Source of the DNA: Selaginella moellendorffii
Taxonomy: Eukaryota; Plantae; Lycopodiophyta
DNA length: 64,000 nucleotides
Direction of reading: 5' to 3'
Assembly: GCF_000143415.4 (NCBI RefSeq)
Contig: NW_003314315.1
Coordinates: forward strand, 186,001-250,000
Both the position numbers and the translations under genes were made by a program. How positions within the stretch are numbered: position 1 is the stretch's first letter; each line of letters begins with the position of its first letter. Of this stretch, positions 23,701 through 37,100 are shown one piece after another. The notes beneath the pieces were generated by a model. That model saw nothing but the letters and a program-made list of their open reading frames with translations, was not told the DNA's origin and did no database searches.

Positions 23701-24956
23701 CTTTACTGGACAATACTTTACTTGATTGCATGCAGTTTTGTAAAATCAATATTCGAGCTGACACGGCACGACGATATAGAGGTACATAGAAGCTACCATA
23801 CTGTCAAAGAGTTGATCATGTTAATGTTAATGCAGGTTCAACAAATCTCCCGCCGGTTCCAAAAGAACTGGTTACCTAACATGTTTGACTTACTCGCGAA
23901 TGAGAAGTGTTCCGAGAGCCCAAAATTCTGGGGTCCAGAGAGGTAAGTCACCCTGGCATTCGTAGCGCAAATTCCGACTCCGTGGTTTGTTTTACAGGTT
24001 TTCACAGAAAAGAGAACTTTTCCGTTCGTCGAAGCCGGAAGAAAAGCCCAGGAGACCNNNNNNNNNNNNNNNNNNNNNNNNNNNNNNNNNNNNNNNNNNN
24101 NNNNNNNNNNNNNNNNNNNNNNNNNNNNNNNNNNNNNNNNNNNNNNNNNNNNNNNNNGCTGTTCAGAAACGACAGCAACGATGCCGAGGGGAAGAACTCA
24201 ACCTCGGAACAAGTCCGCAAGAGAAGAAGGCGGATGAGCCGGTGGGACGAGCTCCCTTCCACTCAGGATCCCGTGCCTGCTTTGACGTCTTCGACGCCCT
24301 CGACGTCAACTCCGTCAACCCAGCACTCTTCCAGTCCTCTCCAAGAGCAGGCTCTGGCTCCCGCTCTCATCGACGAGACAGTCACCGAGTTTGATCGGGC
24401 CGAGCCGCCTGGGTACTCTTCGACGTCCCCACACAGCAATAGATACGAGCAGCCGAGGAGCTTGTCGCAGCAGCACAGCCAGCAGCACTACGATCACTGC
24501 AGCAGCAGCAGCCATCACCAGCAGTACCAGTCTAGAGGGGATCACTGGAACGCTGCCCCTCCTTTCCGTCCTCCACATCGTCCGGAAGCTGGGAATGGCT
24601 ACATGGGAAGACACCAGCACCACTCACAGCAGGGACAGGGATACCATTATCACAGTGAGATGCCACCGAGGGCCTCGCAACACTCTTCTCCCTCGGGTCC
24701 ATATCTTCCTGGAATGCCGCCGCACCAGCAGCACCACCACCACCACAACCAAGCTCCAAAGTACCAAAACCATCACCATCATCCACAACCAGTCCGGCCA
24801 CCGCTCAACGGGTGCTACAACAATGGCGCTCATCACTTTGGACCGCCGCCTCACTATCGAGGCACGGGTGGCTACTATCCGGCACAGCAGCAGCAGGAAA
24901 ACTCTTACCACCATCACCAGCAAGCGGATGAAGAGCCACCCGTGCCAGGTCTGTGA
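20769..24956 (+). CDS. ASHH2: Histone H3K36 methyltransferase ASHH2/SDG8/EFS-like (CW, AWS, SET, post-SET); spans an assembly gap
   Basis: CW: [27 protein letters not shown]: [29 protein letters not shown]: [34 protein letters not shown]. Post-SET: [13 protein letters not shown]. The C-terminus is His/Gln/Pro-rich. Confidence 0.9.
24058..24157. other. Assembly gap (100 N) inside ASHH2
   Basis: Run of N. Confidence 1.
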
Positions 24957-27284
24957 GTGGAAGCTCTCGATTTGTTACATTTTTTTTTTTGCTGGATTCT
25001 ACTTACACATGATCACCAAGGCTGGCAGTTTGATTACCGTTTGTTTAGTCTTCGGGAAGAAAAGCAAAAATTTCTTCTGGATCGGTCCAGGAATAAGAAT
25101 TCGCAACTGTAACACAAACACATTCAAGAAAGAAGCCGAGTCTCTGTTTATTAAGTAGTTACCTTTTTTTGTTTGTATATAACTCGTGACTGTCGTGGTG
25201 AGCTCCTGGGGATTGCTGTGGCTGTTCTTGAGCGTACAGGAGAAACCACCACACCATGGTGTTGATCATGAGAGACCAATGTGAAACATAACACCATGGT
25301 TATGCCAAGCAAATTAGATATTTCTTCTTTTTTTTTATCTCTTTTTCTTTTATGCTTTTTTCTGTTTTTTTTTTTCTAGACTGGTTGAACTTGAAACAAA
25401 TTAAATCTAATGTATAATTTATTAATCTTCCTATGGGAATGTTTCTTACACAAAAATGAAAAATTGCACCAACTAGAAGAAAAATTGTGTAGGAAAGGAA
25501 GTCCAAAATTATTGTATAGAGGGTTTAAATATTGAATCCTTCATATGATTAAAGATCATTGCCATATAGTATTTAGTGCAAGAAATTTTTTTATATAAAA
25601 TACAATATTTAGTGTAAGACCTTTAGAGCCAAAATAAATGATATTTATTACCACTTTAGATATTATCATTTGTGGTTGCTCTGTAGTTTGTGTAGCAATT
25701 GCTATGACCTGTGTAGTTGCTTTGATTAGTTTTACTACATGGCAATCATAAACTATGGCTACTATGCTTTGTAAATAATTTGTATCCCAAACCCCATTCC
25801 TGTAAATTCTATTACCACTACTATTAGTAGCCACTGAAATTTTTTAATTAAAGATGACTACTATTTATATTTTACAACTTGCATTTTAGCAGTTTCATGA
25901 TGATTAAAGAACAAATATAGTTGTAAGTGCTAGTATAATTATTTCTTTATTAACTTTTACAATATGTTTTCTTTTTCTTTTTTTGTTTTATGTTTTTTTT
26001 ACTTTTTTCTTTTTTATTTTTTATTGAGATAACTTTAAAAAGGCCAATTGAACCGGAATCAAATCAAGTGTATATTTTACCAGTGCTCATGTAGGAATAC
26101 CTTTTAAATGAGAGTGAAAAATTTTACTTACTAAAAGCAACATCGTGTGGAAAAGAAGTTTAGAAGCATTGTATGAAGGGCCAAAATACACACTTATTGT
26201 ATAATAAAAAATTCTCACCATATCAATGTTTATTGTAATACCTCTAGTGCTAAAGAAATGATATCAATTGGTTGTGCCACCACTTTAGGTATCATCATTT
26301 GTGTTTGCCTTATAGCTTATGTAGCAATTGTTTTTGTTGCTTCTGTTGCATAAACTTGAGCACAATCATAAACTATAGCTACTATACTTTATGAATTATT
26401 TGTCTCTCAAACCCTATACCTGTTAAATATAGAAATTTGGCCACCACTGCCATTAATAGCCATTGAATTTTTTTAACCAATGGTGACTACCATTTATATT
26501 TCACCACATGTATTTTAGTATTTTATGATGATTAGAGAATAAGTGCAATTGTAAGCACTAGTGTAAGTTTTTCTTGATTTTTGTTTACTTTTTTGAAATT
26601 TTTACTTTTTTAAATTATTTTTATTTTTGTTTCTTTTAGATTGGTTGAGATAACTTTTGGAAGGCCGATTGAACTGGAAAAAAATTAAATATATAATTTG
26701 TTAGTGTTTCTATAAGAATGCCTCCTATACAAGAGTGAAAAATTTTATTTACTAAAATTATCGTTATGTAGAAAGAAAGTCCAAGAGCATTGCATGGAAA
26801 GCTAAATAACTTGACCCCCTATATGATTGTAAATCCTTACCATATGGTATATGTTGTGAAAATTTTAGTGCCAAAAGAAATTACATCAACTAGTTGTGCC
26901 ACCACTTTAGGTATCACCACTTGTGTCTGCCTTATAGTCTATATAACAACTATTTTTGCTGTTTTTACTACACAAATTTGACCATAATCATAAACTATGT
27001 TTACCATACTTTGTAAATTGTTTGTTTCTCAAACCCTATACTTATTATATATAGAAATTTGGCCATCACTACCACTAGTAGTTGTTGAAGCTTTTTAACT
27101 AATGGTGACCACTACTTATATTTCACCACATGTATTTTAGTAATTTTATGATGATTATAGAATAAGTGCAGTTGTAAGTGCTAAACTAATTTTTTCTTGA
27201 TTTTCTTTTACATATGTTTTGCTTTTTCTTTTTTACTTTTTCACAATTTTTACTTTTTTTCATTACTTTTTTTTTTGTTTCTTC

Positions 27285-28660
27285 TAGATTGGTTGAGATA
27301 ACTTTTGGAAAGCTAATTAAAATGGAAAAAAATCAAATATATAATTTGCCGGTGTTTATATAGGAATATTTCCTACACGAGAGTGAAAAATTTTATTTAC
27401 TAAAAGTAGTGTCATGTAGAAAGGAAGTTCAAGAGTATTTCATGGAAGGCTAAATAACTTGACCTTTTATATGATTGCGGATCATCATTATATGTTACCT
27501 ATTGTAAGAATTCTAGTGCCAAAAAAATGATATCGATTAGTTGTGCCATAATTTTAGGTATCACCACTTATAGCTGCTTTGCTAGCTGTGCAATAACTGT
27601 TACAACTTATGTAATTGATTTTGATGTTTTTATTATAAAGAGTTTAGTGTGATTACAAATTGTGGCTACAACCATCTATATCCCAAACTCCGTACTTATT
27701 AAATATAGTAAAATTAGACAATGTATTATTAATATTTTAGTACCAATTCAAGTTGTCGTAAATCTTTAAAATTAGGTAGTGTAATCAATCCTAAGCCATA
27801 AAATGTAAATAATGTGATCCCTTGGAAGTTGCAATTTCAAAGATCACCACTAGAAAATATCCATCATTAAGAAGGTTTTTATTTGATTGTCCAATGGCAC
27901 GAAAAACAACATATAGTATTAAGATGTATCAAGAAGTTCATATTTATAACCATTCCAATATAAACATATTATTACATCATAAGTTAGCTATCAATATACA
28001 CTATAGCATTTTTATGAAGACGTTCAAAAAACTTTCTTAAAATGATTTCTTTTTCAATCCACTCTATATTAAAGTTATTCTTTTCTACCCACCTTGCAAA
28101 AACAATATTTAAAAATGTTTTCCCAATTTTCTTCTCAGCTATTGTTATTCTCTTATTTGAATAATTGATTTTATTTGTATCTTTCTAGCATTTGATCAAG
28201 AGTTTAGCTATTACTTTTCAATTTATCACCACATATCCTACTAACAGCATAGGTATGAGAAACTAAGGAGGTGAAAACAAGAAGTGAGGATAAAAGATAA
28301 AGAAAGATTAAATGTCCTAAAGATGAGCTTTAGTTTAATGATACCTAGTTGATTAATGCTTTAATCACTATTTAAAACTTTCCAAATAAAAACCTAAAAC
28401 ACAAGAAGAGGATATGAAGTTATATGATATTTAAATTATTTTGTTTTTGTAGTGATTATTGATCACTTGATTCAATCATTTTTCCCATGACTATATTATA
28501 TATATACTTTAGCTAAGCACCATCAATAGTACTATCATTACAAAAGTTTATTAGTCAAGAAACTCTACCACTAGTACTATCAATATCTATTTAATTTTTT
28601 TAACCAATAGTGACCACCACCCATGTTTCACCACCACTATTTTAGTAGTTTTATGATTAT
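27285..28660 (-). pseudogene. Most complete decayed copy of the island's unknown intronless ORF (~450 codons)
   Basis: Comparing copies and reverting TAA/TAG/TGA to CAA/CAG/CGA/TGG gives a mostly continuous frame, e.g. ..LIPMLLGGDVVIDWRVVAKLWIK..VEWIEGEIILREF..GVWDT..LQSMVATVYDHAQ..QVVIPEVVAQP. Hand reconstruction. Confidence 0.5.
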
Positions 28661-31600
28661 TATAAAACAAATTATAAACAAATAAGTTATACAAACCAAA
28701 TTGCTAGTTGATCTTTTTCCTTTCTTTCTTTTAAACATTTTTTTTCTATATTTTCTTTTTTACATTTTTAATTTTTATACCTTTTTCTTTATAATTTTGC
28801 TTCTTTTTTTTTTTCTTCTAATTAAGACAACTTTCAAAAGGCCAATTGAATCAAAAATAAATCAAGTATATAATTTGCTAGTGTTTCTATGGGAATGCTT
28901 TTTACACGAAAGTTGAAAACTTTTACTCTAGAAGCAATATTGTGTTAAAAGAAAATATAAAAACATTGCATGGAAGGCCAAAATACCTAATTCCTAGTTT
29001 TTTGCTATATGGTAGTTAATGTGAGACTTACAGTGCCAAAAGAAATGATATCAATTGGTTATACTAGCAATTTAGGTATTATCACTTTGGAAGCTTATGA
29101 ATTTTGTTGTACTAAGATTTTAACTATCACTACTGTGGAAACTTAAAGGGCACATTGTTATTCATGAATTGTTTCCTTTTATATTTAAACTATGATAAAA
29201 GGTAATAGTAACAACTTTCTCGAGAGCCTTGCTTTTGACACCCTTAGGTTTAGCTTAGCTGGAACATATTGGACTACCATATATCAATCTCAATATATAA
29301 TATGGTGTGATTCCCCCAACTAACTAACAGAGTCAAACCTGAAATTACTCCAATATCAAATATAATCTAAACTTCTTGAGAGGTTACCCAACTTAATACT
29401 GTTCAAACCCAATTTTGCTTAACTCCAAATATCCCAAAATCCTTAACTTATTAAAATCTTTCATTTATAAATTCTTTCCCTCTGTCTTTCAAGTCGTTCC
29501 TTTTAGTTATTAACACACTTGTGGCTGTTATAGTAGTCATACTTTATGATCATGTTCAAGTGCGTATAAGAAAAGTAGCAAGAGTAGCTGTACAGGTTGC
29601 AACAACTATTGCATAGGTAGTATGCTTTATAAATCATCTATATCATAAATCCTGTGATAAAATTAAACAATGTATTACTAGTATTTTAGTATCTATTCAA
29701 GTAGACATAAATCTCTTAATTTAGATAGCATAATTTAATAAAATAATTCTAACCCAAATCACATAATCCCCTTAAATTGTAATTTCAAATACCACTACTA
29801 GGAACTTTCCATCATTAAGAAGGGTCTTGTTTAGAATATTTGATTGTCCAATGACACGAACAACAATATATAATATTGAGATGTTTTATGTGTTATGACA
29901 CTTTATGTCCATAGCCGTTCCAATGCAAATAAAAGATCTTTTTTATATCATGGCTACTAGTGTATATTATGACAATTCCATGAGGATGTTAAAAGAACTC
30001 TCTTAAAATAATCTCCCCTCAAGTCCACTCCAAATAAAATTTATTCTTTTCTACCCACTTTGCAAAATCAATGCTTAAAGATTTTCTTCCATCTTCTTTT
30101 CAACCATTGTCATCCTTTCTCTAAATTATTGATTTTATCTATATCTTTTTAGAGTTTAATTAAGAGCTTGGCCACTACTTTCTAATCTATCACCACATCT
30201 CCTAATAGCAGTATATGTATGAAAAACCAAGGAAGCAAAAGTAAAAAGTAAGGATAAAGAAAAAGCAAATGTCCCAAATATGAATTTTAGTTTAGTGATG
30301 TTTAGTCAAATAGTGTTTTAGTCACTATCTACAACTTTCTAGACAAAATCCAAGAACACAATAAGAGGATGTAAAATTGTTATATGATATTCAAATTTTT
30401 TGTTTCTGTAATGATTTTTAATCACTTGGTCTAATCATTTTTCCCATGACTATTTCATATATATAAAAACCCTAATGAATTGTCTCTCAATTTGTTTCTT
30501 TTGGTTGCTTATACATTTGTGGTTGGCATACTACTTATGCAGTAGCTGTATACAATTGTTCTTGCTATTTTTGTTATATGCATTTGACTGTGATTATAAA
30601 TTGTAGCTACCATGCTTTATAAACTATTTATGTGTTAAACTCCATATCTATTAAATATGGTAAGATTAGACAATTTATTGTAATACCTATTAAAATCTAT
30701 ATAAATCTCTAAACTTAAGTGGTGTAATCCAATGAGATAATCCTAAACCCTAGAATGCAAATCACCTAATCTCTCGAAAGTTGTAGGTTAAAAGACTACT
30801 ACTAAAACTATCTACCATTGGGAAGGTTCCTATTTAGAATGTTTAACTATCTAATAGTACAAATAAACAATATATAGTATCGAGATGTTTCATATATTAT
30901 GGAACTTCATATCTATAGTCATTTTAATACAAACAAAAGCTCCTTATTGCATCATAAGTTGGCTACCAATATACACTATAGCATCTCTATAAAGATGTTA
31001 AGGGAATTTTTTCAAAATGATTTCCTTTTCAATCCACTCCACATTGAAGTTATTTTTTTCTACCCACCTTATAAGAGCAATGCTTAAAGATTTTCTCCCA
31101 ATCCTCTTTCCAACGATTGTCATCCTTTCCTTTAAATTATTAATATTATCTACATCTTTCTAGAGTTTGATTTAGAGCTTGGCCACTACTCTCCAATCTA
31201 TCACTATATCTCCTCCTAACAGTATGATTATGAGAAACTAAAGAAGTGAAAACAAAAAATAAAGATAGAGGTGTGAAATTGTTATATGATATTTTACGTT
31301 TTCATTTTCATAATGATTATCGATTGCTTGGTTCAACTTAACCACCATTACCACTAATAGCAATTTAATCTTTTTAACCAATAGTGACCACCATTCGTAT
31401 TTCACCACCACTATTTTAGTAGCTTTATGATTATTAAAAAACAAGAAACATTTTTTCTTTGTTTTCATTTTTACATTTTTACTTTTATACTTTTTTTGTA
31501 ATTTTGCTTCTTTTTTTTTTCTAGATTGGTTGAGACAACTTTCAAAAGGCTAATTAAACTAAAAATAAATCAAATATATAGTTTGTTAGTGTTTCTGTGA

Positions 31601-33489
31601 GAATATTTTTTATACGAAAGTGAAGAACTTCTACATGCCAAAAGCAATATTGTATTAAAAGGAAATTTAGGAGCATTTCATAAAGGGTAAAAATACAAAA
31701 AATCCTAGTATGATTGGGGACCTTGCCATATGGTATTTAGTGTGAGACTTACAATGCCAAAAAAAAATGATATTGATTAGTTGTGCTAGCATTTCAAATA
31801 TTACCACTTTGGAAGCTTTTGAATTTGAATTTTTTAGGAGGTCACCCAACCCACTACTACTTAAACCCAAAAATACTTAACCCTAAATATCCCAAAATCT
31901 TTAAGTAATTAGAAAAAAGGGTGCACTTTTATTTGAACCCCAATAAAACGTAAGAGTTACAGCTCTACCAGAAACCTTGCTTTTGACACCTTACCCTTGA
32001 GATATAGCCTGGCTGGAGCATACTAGACTGTTATATGTCAATCTCAATATGTGGTGTGGTGTGATTCCTCTAACCAACTAATAAAGTCCAACAAAAAACT
32101 ATTCAAATGCTAAATATAAATTTTTGAATTTGGACTTTTTGGGAACCCAATATTACTCAAACCCAATAATCTTTAACTCCAAATATCCTAAGACCCTTCA
32201 TAAGCCTTTTCTTTTTATATTTGAATTTTAATGAATTGTCTTTTGAGTTATTTCTTTTGGTTGCTTATGGCTGCTATATTGTTTATATAATATTTATTGC
32301 AACTTGAACAGTTGCTCTTGCTACTTTTGCTACATGCACTTGAGTATGATTATAAATTGTGACTACTATGCTTTTTAAATTATCTATATCCAAAAACCCC
32401 ATGATAAAATTAGACAATGTATTGCCTATATTTTAGTACTTATTCAAGCTAATGCAAATCTCTAAACTTAGGCAATATAATCCAATGAAATAATTCTAAG
32501 CTATAAAATGTAAATCACTTGATCCCTCAAAAGTTGCAATTTTAAAGACCACCACTAGAAACTATTTATCATTAGGAAGGTTCTTATTTAGAATGTTTGA
32601 TTGTTCAATAGCATGAACAATAACATCTAGTATTAAAATGTCTTATGTGTTATAGAACTTCATATTTATAACCATTCTAATGTAAACAAAAGCTCTCTAT
32701 TGCATCATAAATTTATTACTAATGTATACTGTAATACCTTTATAAGGACATTAAAAAAACTCTCTCAAAATGATCTCCCCTTCAATCCATTCTATATAAA
32801 CTTTATTCTTTTCTTCCCATCTTGCAAATACAATATTTGAAAATATTTTTCCAATCCTTTTTTCAGCCATCATTATCCTCTCCTCGAAACATCAATTTTA
32901 TCTGCATCTTTCTAGAGTTTTATTTGAAACATGGCCACTACTCTCCAATCTATCACCACATCTTCTCCTAGAAGTATGGGTAAAAGAAATCAAAACAGTG
33001 AAAATAAAAAGTGAAAATGGAAGCTTAAATGTCTCAAAGATGAGCTTTAGTCTAGTGATGCCTAGCTAATTAACATTTCAATCAATATTTAGAACTTTCC
33101 AAATAAAAACCAAAAACATAGGAAAAGGATGTAAAATTGTTACCTAATATTTAAAATTTTCATTTCTATAGTGATTATCAATCACTCAGTCTAGCTTATC
33201 TCATGTATATACTTCAACCTAGCACTACCATAGTATTATTGCTACAAAATATTATTAGTTGAGAAATTCCACCACCACTACTAGTAGTAACTATTGAAGC
33301 TTTTTAATTAATAGTGACCACCACCCATATTTCACCATCAATATTTGAGCAAATTCATGATGATCAAAGAACAAATAAAGTTGTAAGCAAAAAAGTTACA
33401 CAAACTAAATCACTAGTCATTTTTTTTCCTTTTTCACTTTTAAAATTGTTTTTCTTTGTTTTTTTGCTTTTTTCTTTCTATACTATTTT

Positions 33490-34130
33490 AGTTATCAAAG
33501 TTTTTGTTGATGAGGGATGACTAGCTTACATCATCATCTTGTCTAGACTCCTTTAAATGTCTTTTGGTGTCCTAGGCCCATACCAAGGATGTAGAGAGAG
33601 CTATTGTGGTGTCAAGTTCAATCAGAGAGCTAGATATTGTCTTTTAAAACTTGCTCTCCATACTCTTGCTCAAAAGAGGCTAAGCAAGTGCTACAAACAT
33701 TGCTTTATGGACATTGCCTCTCATTGCTTATGCTCAACAAGGGGATATTGACTAGTCCTATCTTCACTTTTATACCCAAACTCAACTAAATTGCTATGTT
33801 CATTGCATCTCCTCATCAAAACCAAGTTCATCATTTTTTTAATACCCAAATGGAATAAAGTCTTCTAGAATGCTCTCTTCTTAACTCATGCTCACTATGC
33901 CTTGTAGCTCACAACATCACATAACACACATGAAATAAGTCAAGCACTCCTATCATTGAGCTCTAGAATGTGAGATCCACCAATGTCATCGTATTGAAGA
34001 CCATAAAAAAGCCATTCCACTAAATCAACAATTTTTAAGTTGTCTTATGGCATATTTTCATCAATCTTTCATCCAGATTCTTAATATGTATAACTAGAAA
34101 AAGTTATTTCACATGTACATAGATTTACTT
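33490..34130 (+). pseudogene. Decayed PPR gene fragment homologous to the PPR at 38424-40142, in opposite orientation
   Basis: 33561-33673 (cttttggtgtcctaggccca..gagagagctattgtggtgtcaag..) aligns to the reverse complement of 39138-39251. Further blocks (aaacattgcttt, ggatattgactagtc, ctcatgctcac, ttcatccagattctt) match in order with small deletions. Confidence 0.85.
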
Positions 34131-37100
34131 ATGACTTGTTTGTCTAACCTTAGTGATTACTAAATAATTCCCCTTCTACTTCATTTAAAACCAAAGAGAC
34201 CAACTTAGCTTTCTCATATTTTCTTTTTCACGATTCTCACTTCTTTACTATGCTCAATGATATTCACTCTCAAGCAATTGCAACTCTTATGACTTATGAC
34301 CGATAAAGTTTTGATTCCTTCGCTTCAAACTTGCATTCCTTAGTTTCCTTTTTTACTTCTTATTTTTGCTTCTTTGTTTTTTCATATCTATTCTTTTAGG
34401 AGGAGATATAGTGATTGATTGGAGAACTGTAGCCAAGCCTTGGATTAAGTTTTAGAAAGATGTAAACAAAATCAATAATTTAAAGGAGAGGATAACAATG
34501 GTTAAAAATGGGATTGGGAGAACATCTTTAAGTGTTACTTTTGTAAGGTGTACGGAAAAGAATAAGTTTTATATAGAGTGGATCAAAGGAGAGATCATTT
34601 TGAGAGAGTTTTTCAACATCCTTAAGGAAATGTCATAGTGTATATTAGTAGCTAATTTCTAATATAATAGGGAGCTCTTCTTTGGGCTAGAATGGTTATA
34701 AATATGAAATTTCGTAATACATGAGATATTTAAATACCATATATTGTTATTTGTGTCATCGGATAATCAAACATTTTAAATAAGAACCTTCCTAATGATG
34801 GATAGTTTTTAGTAGTGGTCTTTGAAATTGCAACTTCTAAGGGATTAGGTAATTTATATTTTATAGCTTAGGATTATTTTATTGGATTACACTGCCTAAG
34901 TTTAAAAATTTATATTGGCTTGAATAAGTACTAAAATATAGGTAATACATTGTCTAATTTTACTATGGGATTTGGGACATAGATGATTTACAAATGGTAA
35001 CTATAATTTATAATTGTACTCAACTACATATAGCAAAAGTAGCAAAAATAGCAAAAGTAGCATATGGTGAGGATCCCCAATCATACGAGGAGTTGGGTAC
35101 TTTGGCCCTCCATACGACACTCTTAAATTTCCTTTCTATGTGATGTTATTTTTAGCAGGTAAAAAGTTTTCATTCTTATATAAAAGATATTCCCACAAAA
35201 ATACCAACAAACTATATACTTGATTTATTTTTGGTTCAATTGGCTTTCTGAAAGTTATCTCAAGCAATCTAAAATAAACCAATAAAAAAGGAAAATAACA
35301 AAAAAGTATAAGAAGCAAAAAATTAGAAAAATAAAGAAAAAAAAGAGAAAAAGACAAAAAGGAAGACTACCCATATAAGATGAAATTGCTAAAATAGTGA
35401 TGGTGAAATATAAATGGTGGTCACTATTGGTTAAAAAAAATTAAATAGTTACTAATGGTGAGCTTTTGTAGCAATAGTACTATTAGTAGTGATTGACTAG
35501 AGTATATACATAAGATAGTCATGGGAAAAGTGATTAGACCAAGCAACTAATAATCACTATAGAAATAAAAACTAAAAATATCAAGTAACAATCTCATATC
35601 CTCTTCCTTTATTCTTGGTTTTCATTTAGAAATTTCTAAATAATGACTATTCTTACTTCTTGTTTTCGCTTCCTTGGTTTCTTATACCCGTGCTACTATG
35701 AGGAAATGTGGTGATAAATTGGAGAATAGTGGCTAAACTTTAGATCAAGTTATAGAAAGATGTAGATAATATTAATGATTTAAGAGAGGACTAAAAAGAG
35801 GATTGGGAGAAGATTTTCAAACATTGCTTTTACAAGGTGGATAGAAAAGAAATAACTTTAATGTGGAGTGGATTGGAAGTGAAATCATTTTGAGAGAGTT
35901 CTCCTAACATCTTCATGGAGAGGCCATGATATACATTGATAGCCAACTTATGATGCAATAGAGAGCTTTTATTTATGTTGGAACAATTATAAAATTCCAT
36001 AACATATAAAACATCTCGATACTATATATTTTTGTTTATGTTATTCGACAGTCAAACATTCTAAATATGAATCTTCTCAATAATAGATAGTTACTAGTGG
36101 TGGTTTTTTAATATGCAACTTTCAAGAGAATTATAATACATTGTCTAATTTTACCATATTTAATAAGTATGAAATTTAACACATAAATAGTTTATAAAGT
36201 ATGGTAGCTATAATTTATAATCAAGCTCAACTCCATGTAGTAAGAGCACCTATACAGATTGTAGCAATTACTACATAGGCAGTAAGTGATGATACTTGAA
36301 GTGGTGGTATAACCAATTAATATTATATTTTTTGGCAATGGAATTTTCACATCAAATACCATGTGGTGAGAATCCTCAATCATAAGAAGGGTTAGGTATT
36401 TTAACCCTTCATACAACAGTTATAGACTTCCTTTTTACATAATATTATTTGTAGTAGGTAAAACTTTTTATTTGTATAGGAGGCATTCTTGCAGAAGCAC
36501 CAGAAAACTATACACTTGATTTATTTCCAGCTCAATTAGTTTTCTAGAAGTTATCTCAACCAGTCTAGAAAACAAAAATCAAAAAATCAAAAATCAAAAA
36601 AATCAAAAAAGTAAAAAAGGTTTAAAATAGAAATAAAAAAAAAGTTGGATTAATGATTGTTCTCTATTTATAACTCTATTTGTTCTTTAATCATTATGAA
36701 ACTGCTAGAATATAAATGGTGCAATACAAATAGTTGTCACTATTGGTTAAAAAACTTTAAAGGCCACCAATGGTAGTGGTGGTAAAGTATATCAACTAAT
36801 GAATTTTTAAAGGGATGGTATTGTTAGTGGTGTTTGGTTGGAGTATATACATGAGATAAGTAATCTTAAAACACATGATTGGATAGAGTGATCGATAATC
36901 ACTACAAAAGTGAAAACTTTAAATATCAAATAACAACTTCACATCTTTTTCCTGTATTCTTGGTTTTCATTTAGAAATTTCTAACTAGTAACTAAAATAA
37001 TGATCAACTTGCTATTCTAAGGTTATATTTACTCTTTCTTTACATTCCTCCCTCACTTCTTGTTTTTACTTCTTTGGTTTTTTATACCCATATTTCTAGG

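Noticed and set aside
25920-27290. Island modules as plus-strand exons (GTAAG..T-rich..TAG resembling introns)
   Set aside because: Plausible on splice signals, but the plus-strand translations look like antisense shadows (e.g. TTCACLAACAATVATC), whereas the minus frame looks more protein-like. Not fully excluded.
36560-36650. A-rich tracts as LINE/SINE poly(A) tails
   Set aside because: The sequence beyond the tracts is also conserved between copies, so the tracts are internal to the repeat unit.
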